Numbered from the stretch's first letter, positions 48,117-56,900 are shown. The stretch is DNA of 64,000 nt from an uncultured Gammaproteobacteria bacterium (GCA_963783675.1 CAWAOU010000018.1:114627-178626), one strand, 5' to 3'. Notes: generated from the letters alone by a model not told the origin. Numbers and translations: made by a program.

Positions 48117-48353
48117 TCAGGATTTTTTGAGCAGAAAGTAGAACTTGCCGCCCTCTTCCTTGGACTCCAGCAAATCGTTGCCGGTCTGTTTGGCAAAGGC
48201 TTCAAAGTCCTTGATGGCGCCCGGGTCGGTGGCAATGATGTGCAGCACCTGGCCGGAGTCAATGCCGGCCAGCGCCTTCTTCGCTTTCAGAATCGGCAGG
48301 GGGCAGTTCAGACCAGAGGCGTCGAGCTCGGCGTCAAAGCTTGCCATGATCAC
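48117..48353 (-). CDS. tusA: TusA-family sulfur carrier protein
   Basis: 78 aa with the diagnostic motif DASGLNCPLPILKAKKAL. Confidence 0.9.
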   Translation of the reverse strand: MIMASFDAELDASGLNCPLPILKAKKALAGIDSGQVLHIIATDPGAIKDFEAFAKQTGNDLLESKEEGGKFYFLLKKS

Positions 48354-48609
48354 ATCTCCTATTCGATTGTCCAGAAATAGCCATGAGGCATTTAAGAAAT
48401 GCCTTATATGCTAACGTAGCATCGCGCTCAAGTTGCACTGCAGCATGTAGCCATATGTTATAGGCATGGTGCGTTTGGCGGCTGTACCCTACCCCCGCAA
48501 TTATCACCGAAAGTTTATCGCATTAGTGTATCGCGATATACTTCTATACTGTCAAGGTCGGCGCCATCGCGCATTCAAATCATACTCGCTCAAACAACCG
48601 AGGTGTCCC

Positions 48610-48915
48610 ATGCTTAAAGAGGATTTCGAAGAGAGCACGCGCTATGCTCTCACCGTACGGCGCAAATCGGGCAAGCTGCAGCCGGCGAACGTCTATGTAT
48701 ACCGTCGGTTCGACGAGTTTATGATTGTGCGCAACACGCAGGATAGTGGGCTGTTGGAAAAGCTGCGCTATGAAGATGTGCAGAAAATTGTGCGGTCGGC
48801 GCCGGTCCCACCGGCCAAGCAATTGGCCATGCCAGACGCGTTGCTACAGCCAAAATTCTGGGCGGAGCGTGAGTTCGTGGAGGCCTACTCATCCTCCCCT
48901 TCCGTCGGCAAGTAG
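48610..48915 (+). CDS. Hypothetical protein, divergent from the tusA-sHdr operon
   Basis: 101 aa from the ATG at 48610 (GAGG 5 nt upstream). The longer track ORF from 48466 spans the AT-rich promoter region and is unlikely. Confidence 0.45.
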   Translation: MLKEDFEESTRYALTVRRKSGKLQPANVYVYRRFDEFMIVRNTQDSGLLEKLRYEDVQKIVRSAPVPPAKQLAMPDALLQPKFWAEREFVEAYSSSPSVGK

Positions 48916-49023
48916 TGGATGCAAACAGATTGTCCCTACGGCTTGGCGGGAGCTGACGCCGCCAGTTCCGACGATTGAACCCGGGGCACTGCGAGGGGTC
49001 ATAAAGTTATGATGAGCGACTGA

Positions 49024-50475
49024 TTGGATAACAAATTGATTTCGCGACTACTGGCCCTGTTGATGTTTGCGGTGCCCTTCGGCGCCGGGAGTCAGACGTT
49101 TTCGCTGCCTGAAATGGGGGATTCGTCCCGTGAGATCCTGGGCGCTGGTCAGGAGAACCGCCTGGGCCGGGCCATATTCGAGAACTTCCTCAACTCCGGC
49201 ATCGTGATAGAGGATCCCATTCTCCAGCAGTATATCGAGTCGGTGGGGCATCAGGTGGCCACCAACGCGTTCAGCGACACCGGCGGGTACGTGTTTTTCC
49301 TGGTCAACGACCGGTCGATCAACGCCTTCGCGCTTCCGGGTGGGTACATTGGGGTCAATACCGGATTGCTCACCGCGACCCGAACCGAGAGTGAACTGGC
49401 CGGCGTACTGGCTCACGAACTCGCGCATGTCACTCAGCGGCACATTGCCCGCGGCATTGAGGACCAGACACGGTTGAAAGTGCCAAAGGCCGCAGCGATG
49501 CTGGCCGGCATACTGTTGGCGAGCCAAGGGGGCGCTGACGCGGGTGCCGCTGCTGTAAGCGGCATGATGGCCGCCGACCTGCAGCACCAGATCAATTTCA
49601 CTCGACGTCACGAGTCCGAGGCGGATCGAGTCGGCGTCGATCTTCTGGTCAAGTCCGGCTATGACCCCGAAGGCTTGCCCGATTTCTTCCAACGACTCTA
49701 CGAGGCTTCACGCTCTTACGGCACCAACGTGCCCGAGTTTCTGAGAACGCACCCGGTGGAAACCCGTCGAATTTCGGAAACCCGCGACCGCATCGCTCAA
49801 CTCGGGGCCAGCGGCAAGCGTCGCGCCGACCCGCTCGACTACCATGTGGCGCAAGCCCGGGCGCTGGTTCTGTCGACCCAGTCCCATAGCACTCTGGCCA
49901 CACGATTCGAGGGCGCAATCAACAGCGGCAGCAACCGGGACTCAGCCGGGCAGCGCTACGGAATGGCACTCAGCCAACTGCGTGCCGGAAACATGGCGGG
50001 CGCAAGGGCCGAGACCGACCGGCTGCTGCAAACCCACCCCGAGTACCTCCCGTTCCTGCTTCTGAGCGCGGAAATCGATCTGCAGTCCGGACAGGCAGAC
50101 CTGGCACTCGAACGCTATCAGGAAGCGGCCAAGCTGTACCCAGGGGATTACACACTCGCCCTGAGTCAGGCCACCGCTTTGATCGAGGTCGGACGCTACA
50201 AGAGCGCCATGAATCTGCTTCGAGAGCAGTTGCAACCCAATATATTGAGAACCGGCGCCTATGCTATGTTCGCGCGCGCGGCGCGCGGGGCCGGTTTGAT
50301 TTCCGAGAGCCATGCCAGCATGGCGGAGTACTACGCCCTGCGCGGCGACGTGCGCCAGGCCATCGAGCAGACCGAACTGGCTCTGAGCGCTGCCGACGCC
50401 ACGCCTTATCAACGTTCCAGGCTGCAGGCGCAGCTGGAAACCCTGCGCAATCGGGCGGCGGAAGACGAGGCATGA
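49024..50475 (+). CDS. bepA: Beta-barrel assembly-enhancing protease BepA (M48 peptidase with TPR domain)
   Basis: Signal peptide, zinc motif HELAHVTQRH, and C-terminal TPR-like repeats. Size is similar to E. coli BepA/YfgC. Confidence 0.85.
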   Translation: MDNKLISRLLALLMFAVPFGAGSQTFSLPEMGDSSREILGAGQENRLGRAIFENFLNSGIVIEDPILQQYIESVGHQVATNAFSDTGGYVFFLVNDRSINAFALPGGYIGVNTGLLTATRTESELAGVLAHELAHVTQRHIARGIEDQTRLKVPKAAAMLAGILLASQGGADAGAAAVSGMMAADLQHQINFTRRHESEADRVGVDLLVKSGYDPEGLPDFFQRLYEASRSYGTNVPEFLRTHPVETRRISETRDRIAQLGASGKRRADPLDYHVAQARALVLSTQSHSTLATRFEGAINSGSNRDSAGQRYGMALSQLRAGNMAGARAETDRLLQTHPEYLPFLLLSAEIDLQSGQADLALERYQEAAKLYPGDYTLALSQATALIEVGRYKSAMNLLREQLQPNILRTGAYAMFARAARGAGLISESHASMAEYYALRGDVRQAIEQTELALSAADATPYQRSRLQAQLETLRNRAAEDEA

Positions 50476-50670
50476 ACCTCAGATTAATAATATTTATGGG
50501 CTTGAAAGCAGAATTAGGATGCACGCCCGAACGGATGCATTACTCTGGGAAAGTGCGCCTGAGGACCTTGCCAGCTATAAGCAGTCGGGTATTCTGGAGC
50601 GCATCGGGCCGTTGGGTATCTTCGCAGCCATTAGTTGCGCGGCCATGAAAACCAAAGCGAGGAAAGAAAT

Positions 50671-51039
50671 ATGCGGAATCTGTTCGGCACAGCCGGTGCA
50701 GTCGCGCTTGCGGCTACCTTGATCGGCTACGCCATACCCGATCTCGCCAACGCCGATGCCGACCCGGAACTGGTCGCCCAGGGCAAAGACATCGCATTCG
50801 ATCGGAAAAAGGGGAACTGCCTGGCATGCCACGCCATCGAGGGTGGCGACCTGCCGGGCAACATCGGGCCGCCACTGGTTGCCATGAGCGCACGCTTTCC
50901 GGATCCGGAGAGATTACGCGCGCAGATATGGGATCCGACCGCCGCCAATCCAGACACCATGATGCCCCCATTCGGCCTGCACGGGATTCTGTCCGAGGAT
51001 GAAATCGACAAAATCGTTGTGTTCGTTCAAACCCTGTGA
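50671..51039 (+). CDS. soxX: SoxX, monoheme cytochrome c of the SoxAX complex
   Basis: Signal peptide plus heme motif CLACH. Start is taken at the ATG at 50671 (GAGGAAAG upstream). Confidence 0.85.
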   Translation: MRNLFGTAGAVALAATLIGYAIPDLANADADPELVAQGKDIAFDRKKGNCLACHAIEGGDLPGNIGPPLVAMSARFPDPERLRAQIWDPTAANPDTMMPPFGLHGILSEDEIDKIVVFVQTL

Positions 51040-51080
51040 GCCAAAATGATGAATCGAACCTCAACGGAGGATACGCAGCC

Positions 51081-51554
51081 GTGAAGAGCAAAAGACGCTT
51101 GTTTTTGAAAGGAGCCACATCCGCAGGTCTGATCGGTGTGGCAGTTGGGGCCGGGCTGCTCAAGCCCGTGCGCGTGCTCGCAGCCGCTTGGCCGAAGACG
51201 GCCTTTGACGCGGACACCACCGCCGCCGCAATGACCGAGATGTTCGGGTCCACCGAAGCGGCCGAAAGTGGCGATATCAAGGTAAAGGCGCCCGACATCG
51301 CGGAAAATGGCGCCGTAGTGCCGGTCACCGTCGAAACCGGCCTGAGCTCGGTGGAGAGCATTTCCATCATCACTGAGAACAATCCGGCCCCCTTGTCCGC
51401 CAGTTTCAACCTGGCATCGAACGCTGAGGGATATGTCTCAACGCGTCTGAAAATGGGCAAAACCTCAAAAGTCGTCGCCCTGGTCAAGGCGGATGGAAAG
51501 CTCTACAGCGCGTCCAAGGAAGTCAAGGTGACCATCGGCGGTTGCGGCGGCTGA
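51081..51554 (+). CDS. soxY: SoxY, thiosulfate-carrier subunit
   Basis: Tat signal SKRRLFLKG and the diagnostic C-terminus VTIGGCGG. GTG 51081 is preceded by GGAGGA. Confidence 0.9.
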   Translation: MKSKRRLFLKGATSAGLIGVAVGAGLLKPVRVLAAAWPKTAFDADTTAAAMTEMFGSTEAAESGDIKVKAPDIAENGAVVPVTVETGLSSVESISIITENNPAPLSASFNLASNAEGYVSTRLKMGKTSKVVALVKADGKLYSASKEVKVTIGGCGG

Positions 51555-51598
51555 TCCGAGCCGGTTGAATTTGATACAGAACGTCAGGAGGCAAAACG

Positions 51599-51907
51599 AT
51601 GTCGAGCATCAAAGTACGCGCCAAGGCGGACGGCGACGTGGTCACGGTAAAGGCGCTGATGAAACACCCCATGGAAACAGGCCAGCGCAAGGACAAATCG
51701 GGCAATCCGATTCCCGCTCACTACATTCAGGAAGTGGTCTGTGAACACAACGGCAATGTGGTGATGACGGCCCTTTGGGGGCCAAGTGTGTCCAAGAACC
51801 CATATCTGTCGTTCAAGTTCACAGGCGGCGCAAAAGGTGACGCTCTGAAAATAAGCTGGGCCGATAACGAGGGCAAATCCGACTCCGAAGAAGCCACCAT
51901 CGGCTGA
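51599..51907 (+). CDS. soxZ: SoxZ
   Basis: 102 aa, typical SoxZ sequence (MSSIKVRAKADGDVVTVKALMKHPMETG...), immediately after soxY. Confidence 0.9.
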   Translation: MSSIKVRAKADGDVVTVKALMKHPMETGQRKDKSGNPIPAHYIQEVVCEHNGNVVMTALWGPSVSKNPYLSFKFTGGAKGDALKISWADNEGKSDSEEATIG

Positions 51908-51944
51908 AAACCGTGCTGCAGCACAATAAGAACGGTGAAGAGTA

Positions 51945-52772
51945 ATGAACAAATTCATGAGCGCAACCATCGCGCTCGCTCTGGCTGTGCCGCTGGGTGT
52001 TGTAGCAACACCGCAGGAGGATCTCGACACGTTTCGGGCTTACTTCGAACAGCGCTTCCCGAACACGAGCATGGACGACTACGTCAATGGCATCTACTCC
52101 ATCGACCCCACTTCCCGCGAGGAGTGGGTGGCGATCGAGGAGTTTGCGCCCTACGAGTTGAACATCGACAACGGTAAGGCCCTATTCGAGACACCGTTCA
52201 CCAATGGCAAGAGCTTGGCAGACTGTTTTCCGAACGAGGGTATCGGCGTACGACAGAACTACCCCCACTACGACCTGGAGCGTAAGGAGGTCGTGACTCT
52301 GGAACTGGCCATCAACGAGTGTCGTGAGGCCAACGGTGAAAAACCGTACAAGTACTCTAAGGGACCAATCGCGGACGTCTCGGCTTACATGGCCTACACG
52401 TCAAGGGGCGAGAAAATCGAAGTCGAAATTCCCAACGACGACGCTTTGGCCTGGTATGAGCGGGGACGACGGCATTTCTATGCCAAACGGGGCCAGCTCA
52501 ATCTGTCCTGCGCCGATTGTCATGTCTACAACGCCGGCATGTACGTGCGTGCAGACAAACTCAGCCCCGCGTTGGGGCATTCCAGCCACTTCCCGGTGTT
52601 CAGGTCAAAGTGGGGCGAGCTCGGTACATTGCATCGTCGCTACAAGGGGTGCAACGAGCAGGTCCGGGCAAAACCGTTCAAACCCCAGGGTGAGGAATAC
52701 CGAGCACTGGAGTACTTCCATACCTACATGTCGAACGGTCTCGAGATAAACGGACCCGGCGCACGAAAGTAA
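51945..52772 (+). CDS. soxA: SoxA, cytochrome c (single CxxCH site)
   Basis: Signal peptide, heme motif CADCH, and a conserved distal Cys (YKGCNEQV). Confidence 0.9.
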   Translation: MNKFMSATIALALAVPLGVVATPQEDLDTFRAYFEQRFPNTSMDDYVNGIYSIDPTSREEWVAIEEFAPYELNIDNGKALFETPFTNGKSLADCFPNEGIGVRQNYPHYDLERKEVVTLELAINECREANGEKPYKYSKGPIADVSAYMAYTSRGEKIEVEIPNDDALAWYERGRRHFYAKRGQLNLSCADCHVYNAGMYVRADKLSPALGHSSHFPVFRSKWGELGTLHRRYKGCNEQVRAKPFKPQGEEYRALEYFHTYMSNGLEINGPGARK

Positions 52773-52787
52773 CGCAGCGCAGACATC

Positions 52788-52825
52788 AACGCCCGGTACG
52801 GCACCAATGCCGCACCGGGCGTTTT
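52788..52825 (+). terminator. Rho-independent terminator after soxA
   Basis: 16-bp GC-rich stem AACGCCCGGTACGGCA / TGCCGCACCGGGCGTT (one mismatch), 4-nt loop, followed by TTTT. Confidence 0.7.
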
Positions 52826-52865
52826 ACATTCCACAGCATTACCAGATCCAAGCGCGCTCCGGCCA

Positions 52866-54747
52866 TTGCGCATCAGCTGCGCGGCGCCTCGATCGAGTCA
52901 GGCGGGTTCGGGTCTTTTCGTGAACACATCTGTCGAGCAGAGATTCACCAATCTCCTGCGGGAACTGGAAACCCTCGTCGGCCAGGAACTCGCCGACCTG
53001 GCTCTGCAAGCCCTTGACGCTGCGGATGCACCCGCCACACAACACGCACCGGTCTTTGAGCTGGGATCGACGGGGCTGCCAGGGTGGCGAATCGCACGCG
53101 CCGTCGAGGAACTCGATACGCTTGCGACAAACCTGCACGCTGCCGCGGACGCACGGGATCGGGGCGCATGGTTGAAATACCACGGCCTGCCAAACCCGAC
53201 CCGACCCGATCCGCTGCTCGCATGGCTTGCAATGATTCCCAGCCTGACATCTGCCTCGCCCAAACTGATCCTGGCGGACGCGACGGATGCATTGAGTGGC
53301 ATGCTGAGCAACAGCAGCCCGGATAAGGCGTCCGAATGGGCGCCCTTCTCCAATGCGACGATCCACAGGACTGCTCGTTACCTGCGTATCCGTCAGGCGC
53401 AAAGAGTCTGGCAGCAGAGCACTTTGGTGACCGCACAAGGGCTGTTTGCCGACGCGCTGAATCGGATGGATGATCCACGCCGCAGTCGATCTGACGATCT
53501 TTGTTCGCTGTTCCCGATTTGGTCACGCTGCCAAGCCCTCGCCGTACAGACAACGGCGGTGCCAAACGTAGACGATATTGAATCAGACACGGCCCAGACA
53601 GCACATAACAGTGTCCAAGCGCGATCGGATCTGTGCCCGGGGCCCCGTCGAACCGTTTCGCGCAGGGCACGGATCCCAAACCCGCTTCCTGGCGGACGGT
53701 CCACTCTTCCCACGCGGTTTCATGACGGCTTGGCCGCGCTGTTAAACGCCATGGCGGCGACTCCAGCGCTTACGCCCATCACGACCCCGCGCCGAGCGCA
53801 TTGGGCGCAACATGGCGCGACACTGTACCGCTATGAAGCCCTGGCAGGGGCCAACGCGGCGCCGGCCCTACTTCTCGTCAGTGGTTGGCGACATCGCAGC
53901 GCGGTGTTGGATCTCGAACCAGACCTGTCGCTGGTAAACGCGCTACGGGGGCATCATATCGATGTGTGGGGACTGGAGTGGGCTGATCCCGAGTTGTCAT
54001 TACGACCGCGCACTATTGAACACTGTCTGCGTGACGTTCTGTCGCCTGCCATCGAATGCATGGCGCAACTCACAGGCTCGCCATGTGCGCTATTGGGCGT
54101 CGGCGAGACCGGCGTTCTTGGCCTCTGCCAGGCGGCACTGCAATCCAAGGCCCTGTCGGGTGTCATTGTAGAGGGTGGCGGCCTAGGGCTCGACCCGACC
54201 TGGCCAGCCCTCGTCCGATGGCTTCCCCTGGATAACTGGCCCACGCAGGTTCTCGTATATTCCGAGCACGGTTCTGGGTGCACTGGAGCACAGTCTGTTG
54301 GGTTGTGGAGAAGATCTGAGCGCGGTGATGGTAAAACTCATGGCGTCCGAGCGGCCTGACTCAGCTCAGTCGTTTGCACGCATGGTGTACTGGACGCTGG
54401 ATCGATTAAGCCTGGACCCGCAGCTGCTGTTGGAGTACCGGGACGCATTTATGCCAGCACCTGAGGTCCCGCGCAAGCCGGTGATGGTGGCTGGCACTTC
54501 AATCGATCCCTCCGCCTTGCGAACGCCGATTCTCAACCTCATCGGCGCCGGCCCAGCGCACGAGCCTCGGGAACCGCCAGGCTGGAATTTTGAAAGTGAA
54601 CGATTTACCTATCGTGAGCTGTCAACGCCTGATGGGGGGCTGGAAGCGATCGCCATGTCCACAGCCTCCGTGCGCAGCCAGTTTGCCCGCGACATTGCTG
54701 AGTGGCTTTGGGCTCTGGAGTGCCACACCACGGTCACCCGCCCTTAG
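52866..54747 (+). pseudogene. PHA synthase (class III PhaC)-like alpha/beta hydrolase with long N-terminal extension, altered catalytic box and a frameshift
   Basis: Residues from about 53850 align with class III PhaC (PALLLVSGWRHRSAVLDLEPDLSLV...DVWGLEW). The lipase box reads GVGETG instead of G-x-C-x-G-G. Homology switches from ORF 52866..54359 to ORF 54298..54747 near 54245-54258 (FARMVYWTLD...PILNLIGA...). Confidence 0.55.
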
Positions 54748-54756
54748 GGGCCATGC

Positions 54757-55251
54757 TCAATCATCTGATTCGGGCTCGTCCTGGGCCTTCCTGTTCTGCG
54801 CCGCCTGCTTGTAGAACTTATCCTGCATGCTTTTCCACATGGCCAGATTCTGTTCGGCAAAATCGGACATGACGCCCAACGGATTCAGACCCGGACTGAC
54901 CGGGGTGAAATTTTTCATCTGTTCCCGGAACAGGTGCTGCTGATCGACGAATCCGCGCATACTCTGCTCCAGATATCGCCCCATCATGCCCTGCAGCGTA
55001 TCTCCGTAGAAGCGAATGATGTGCGCCAGCACCTCGGTGGAGAAAATCGGGTCGCCCTGCTCCTCCTGCTCGCTGATGATCTGCAGCAGGATGGTTCGGG
55101 TAATATCCTCTCCGGATCGCGCATCAATCACGTGAAAACCGACCCCATCCAGCACCAGCCGTTTCACATCTTCAAGGGTGATATAGCTGCTGATGGCGGT
55201 GTCGTAAAGCCGCCGATTCGGGTACTTCTTTATAATCCGTGAGTCGCTCAT
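54757..55251 (-). CDS. phaR: Polyhydroxyalkanoate synthesis repressor PhaR
   Basis: N-terminus IIKKYPNRRLYDTAISSYITLEDVKRLV is the PhaR signature. Confidence 0.9.
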   Translation of the reverse strand: MSDSRIIKKYPNRRLYDTAISSYITLEDVKRLVLDGVGFHVIDARSGEDITRTILLQIISEQEEQGDPIFSTEVLAHIIRFYGDTLQGMMGRYLEQSMRGFVDQQHLFREQMKNFTPVSPGLNPLGVMSDFAEQNLAMWKSMQDKFYKQAAQNRKAQDEPESDD

Positions 55252-55310
55252 TTTCTCCGCACCAGGTTCGTTGACTGCGGTACCGGTCAGCTGACCGGTA
55301 CCGCCTGGGG

Positions 55311-56060
55311 TCAGTGCATGTACTGACCGCCGTTCACCGAGAAATCCGCCCCGGTGATAAAGCCCGCATCATCGTCGGCCAGGAATACAACCGTCCGAGC
55401 AATCTCTTCGGGCTGTCCCAGACGTCCAACCGGAATCTGGGCCACGATCTTGGCACGGACCTCCTCCGGAACCGCCATAACCATCTCGGTACCAATATAA
55501 CCGGGTGAAATGGTGTTGACAGTGACACCCTTGCGGGCTCCCTCTTGGGCCGCCGCCATCGTGAACCCGTGCACACCCGCTTTGGCAGCGGAGTAGTTGG
55601 ACTGCCCAAACTGACCCTTCTGCCCGTTCAGGGACGAGATGTTCACGATACGGCCGAACCCCCGGTCACACATCTTCTCGAACACCTGCTTGGTCATGTT
55701 AAACATGCTGTCCAGATTGGTGCGAAGCACCGCGTCCCACTGATGCTTGCCCATTTTCTTGATCACCCCGTCGCGGGTGATGCCGGCGTTGTTAACCAGG
55801 ATTTCCACAGGTCCGATTTCCTGTTCAACCCGATCAACCAGAGCGGCACAGGAATCGAAATCGCTTACGTCCACCGGCAGAATGGTCACTTCGTAACCCG
55901 CATCCCGCATGACAGCCTGCCACTGTTGCGCCTGCTCTTCTTCCGCCGGAAAGTAGGCGCCAACCACTTTCCTACCCTGATCACTCAAAGCCTTGCACAT
56001 AGCCGTGCCCAATCCGCCGTTGGCGCCCGTTACGATCGCGACTTTGCTCGAATCCGTCAT
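55311..56060 (-). CDS. phaB: Acetoacetyl-CoA reductase (SDR family)
   Basis: 249 aa SDR (VAIVTGANGGLG; NNAGI; YSAAKAG). Adjacent to phaR and to a thiolase remnant. Confidence 0.85.
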   Translation of the reverse strand: MTDSSKVAIVTGANGGLGTAMCKALSDQGRKVVGAYFPAEEEQAQQWQAVMRDAGYEVTILPVDVSDFDSCAALVDRVEQEIGPVEILVNNAGITRDGVIKKMGKHQWDAVLRTNLDSMFNMTKQVFEKMCDRGFGRIVNISSLNGQKGQFGQSNYSAAKAGVHGFTMAAAQEGARKGVTVNTISPGYIGTEMVMAVPEEVRAKIVAQIPVGRLGQPEEIARTVVFLADDDAGFITGADFSVNGGQYMH

Positions 56061-56099
56061 TGTGCTTAGCTCCTTGATTATGTTGTATAAGCTTCAATT

Positions 56100-56900
56100 C
56101 AGGTGAAGCGGCCACAGTCGCTATGTACTGGTTCCGCACCACCGCCATGGGGCCCCCATGCCGCCCCCTGTACACCGCGTTGCCAATCCTTTTCGGGTCG
56201 CTTTTTTTGCACTGCCTTCAGCAGCGAGACCAAAATGTGCCAGCTCCGGAGGCTCCGATCTGATATCCCAGGGCAATCGCACCACCGTTTTCGTTGACCT
56301 TCGACGTGCCCAACCCATGCTACAGTTGTGCGAGGCGGCTCGAACAGCCGTCCGACCGGCCTTTTCCAGGCATCTCCGGCTCTGCGGGATGACTGCCGTA
56401 CCCTTGATTCTCGGGTCTACGCCGGATTTTGGCGTATGCACGCACAAGAGTCTCCCGCTGCGGCTGCGCGCAAAGGCTCGGCAGCACAAAGCCGGTCGGT
56501 TCTGTTGCGCTACAGCGATGGAACATACTGTTCTGACAGTTTATGATGCGCCGCAATATTGAAGATTCTGGATTGGAGTGTCAACCCGCATCAACGATGC
56601 CTGACGACGGCCTCAGCCACCGGTAATGCCTCAGCTTGGCCTCCTTGAGACCACACAAGGAGACACACCTGGGTGACGCACATCGAGCTGTTGAATGACC
56701 CGCCTGGGTTGATCCCAGTTGCGCGTTGCCCGCGAATCTACCTGACCACATCCAGGGCTGGGGATTCGAATTGCCACGTGTGGCAAAGTACACGCCGCGA
56801 ACCTCTGGGCAGGTCTGGGCGCAAGTACACACCGCGACCGCCGTGTAGTGAACCGATCCTCAATATCGACAACTCGCAAAAACGGAACACCCGTGTTCGA
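56100..56900 (-). pseudogene. phaA: Decayed acetyl-CoA acetyltransferase (beta-ketothiolase, phaA) remnant
   Basis: Manual minus-strand translation finds collinear thiolase blocks scattered over several frames. These are GITGG*GRRQASLMRV (about 56600-56650), KSGVDPRIKGTAVIPQSRRCLEKAG (about 56355-56423), VNENGGAIALGYQIGASGA (56242-56298) and AKKATRKGLATRCTGGGMGAP (about 56130-56200). Catalytic GHP reads GYQ. Confidence 0.75.
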
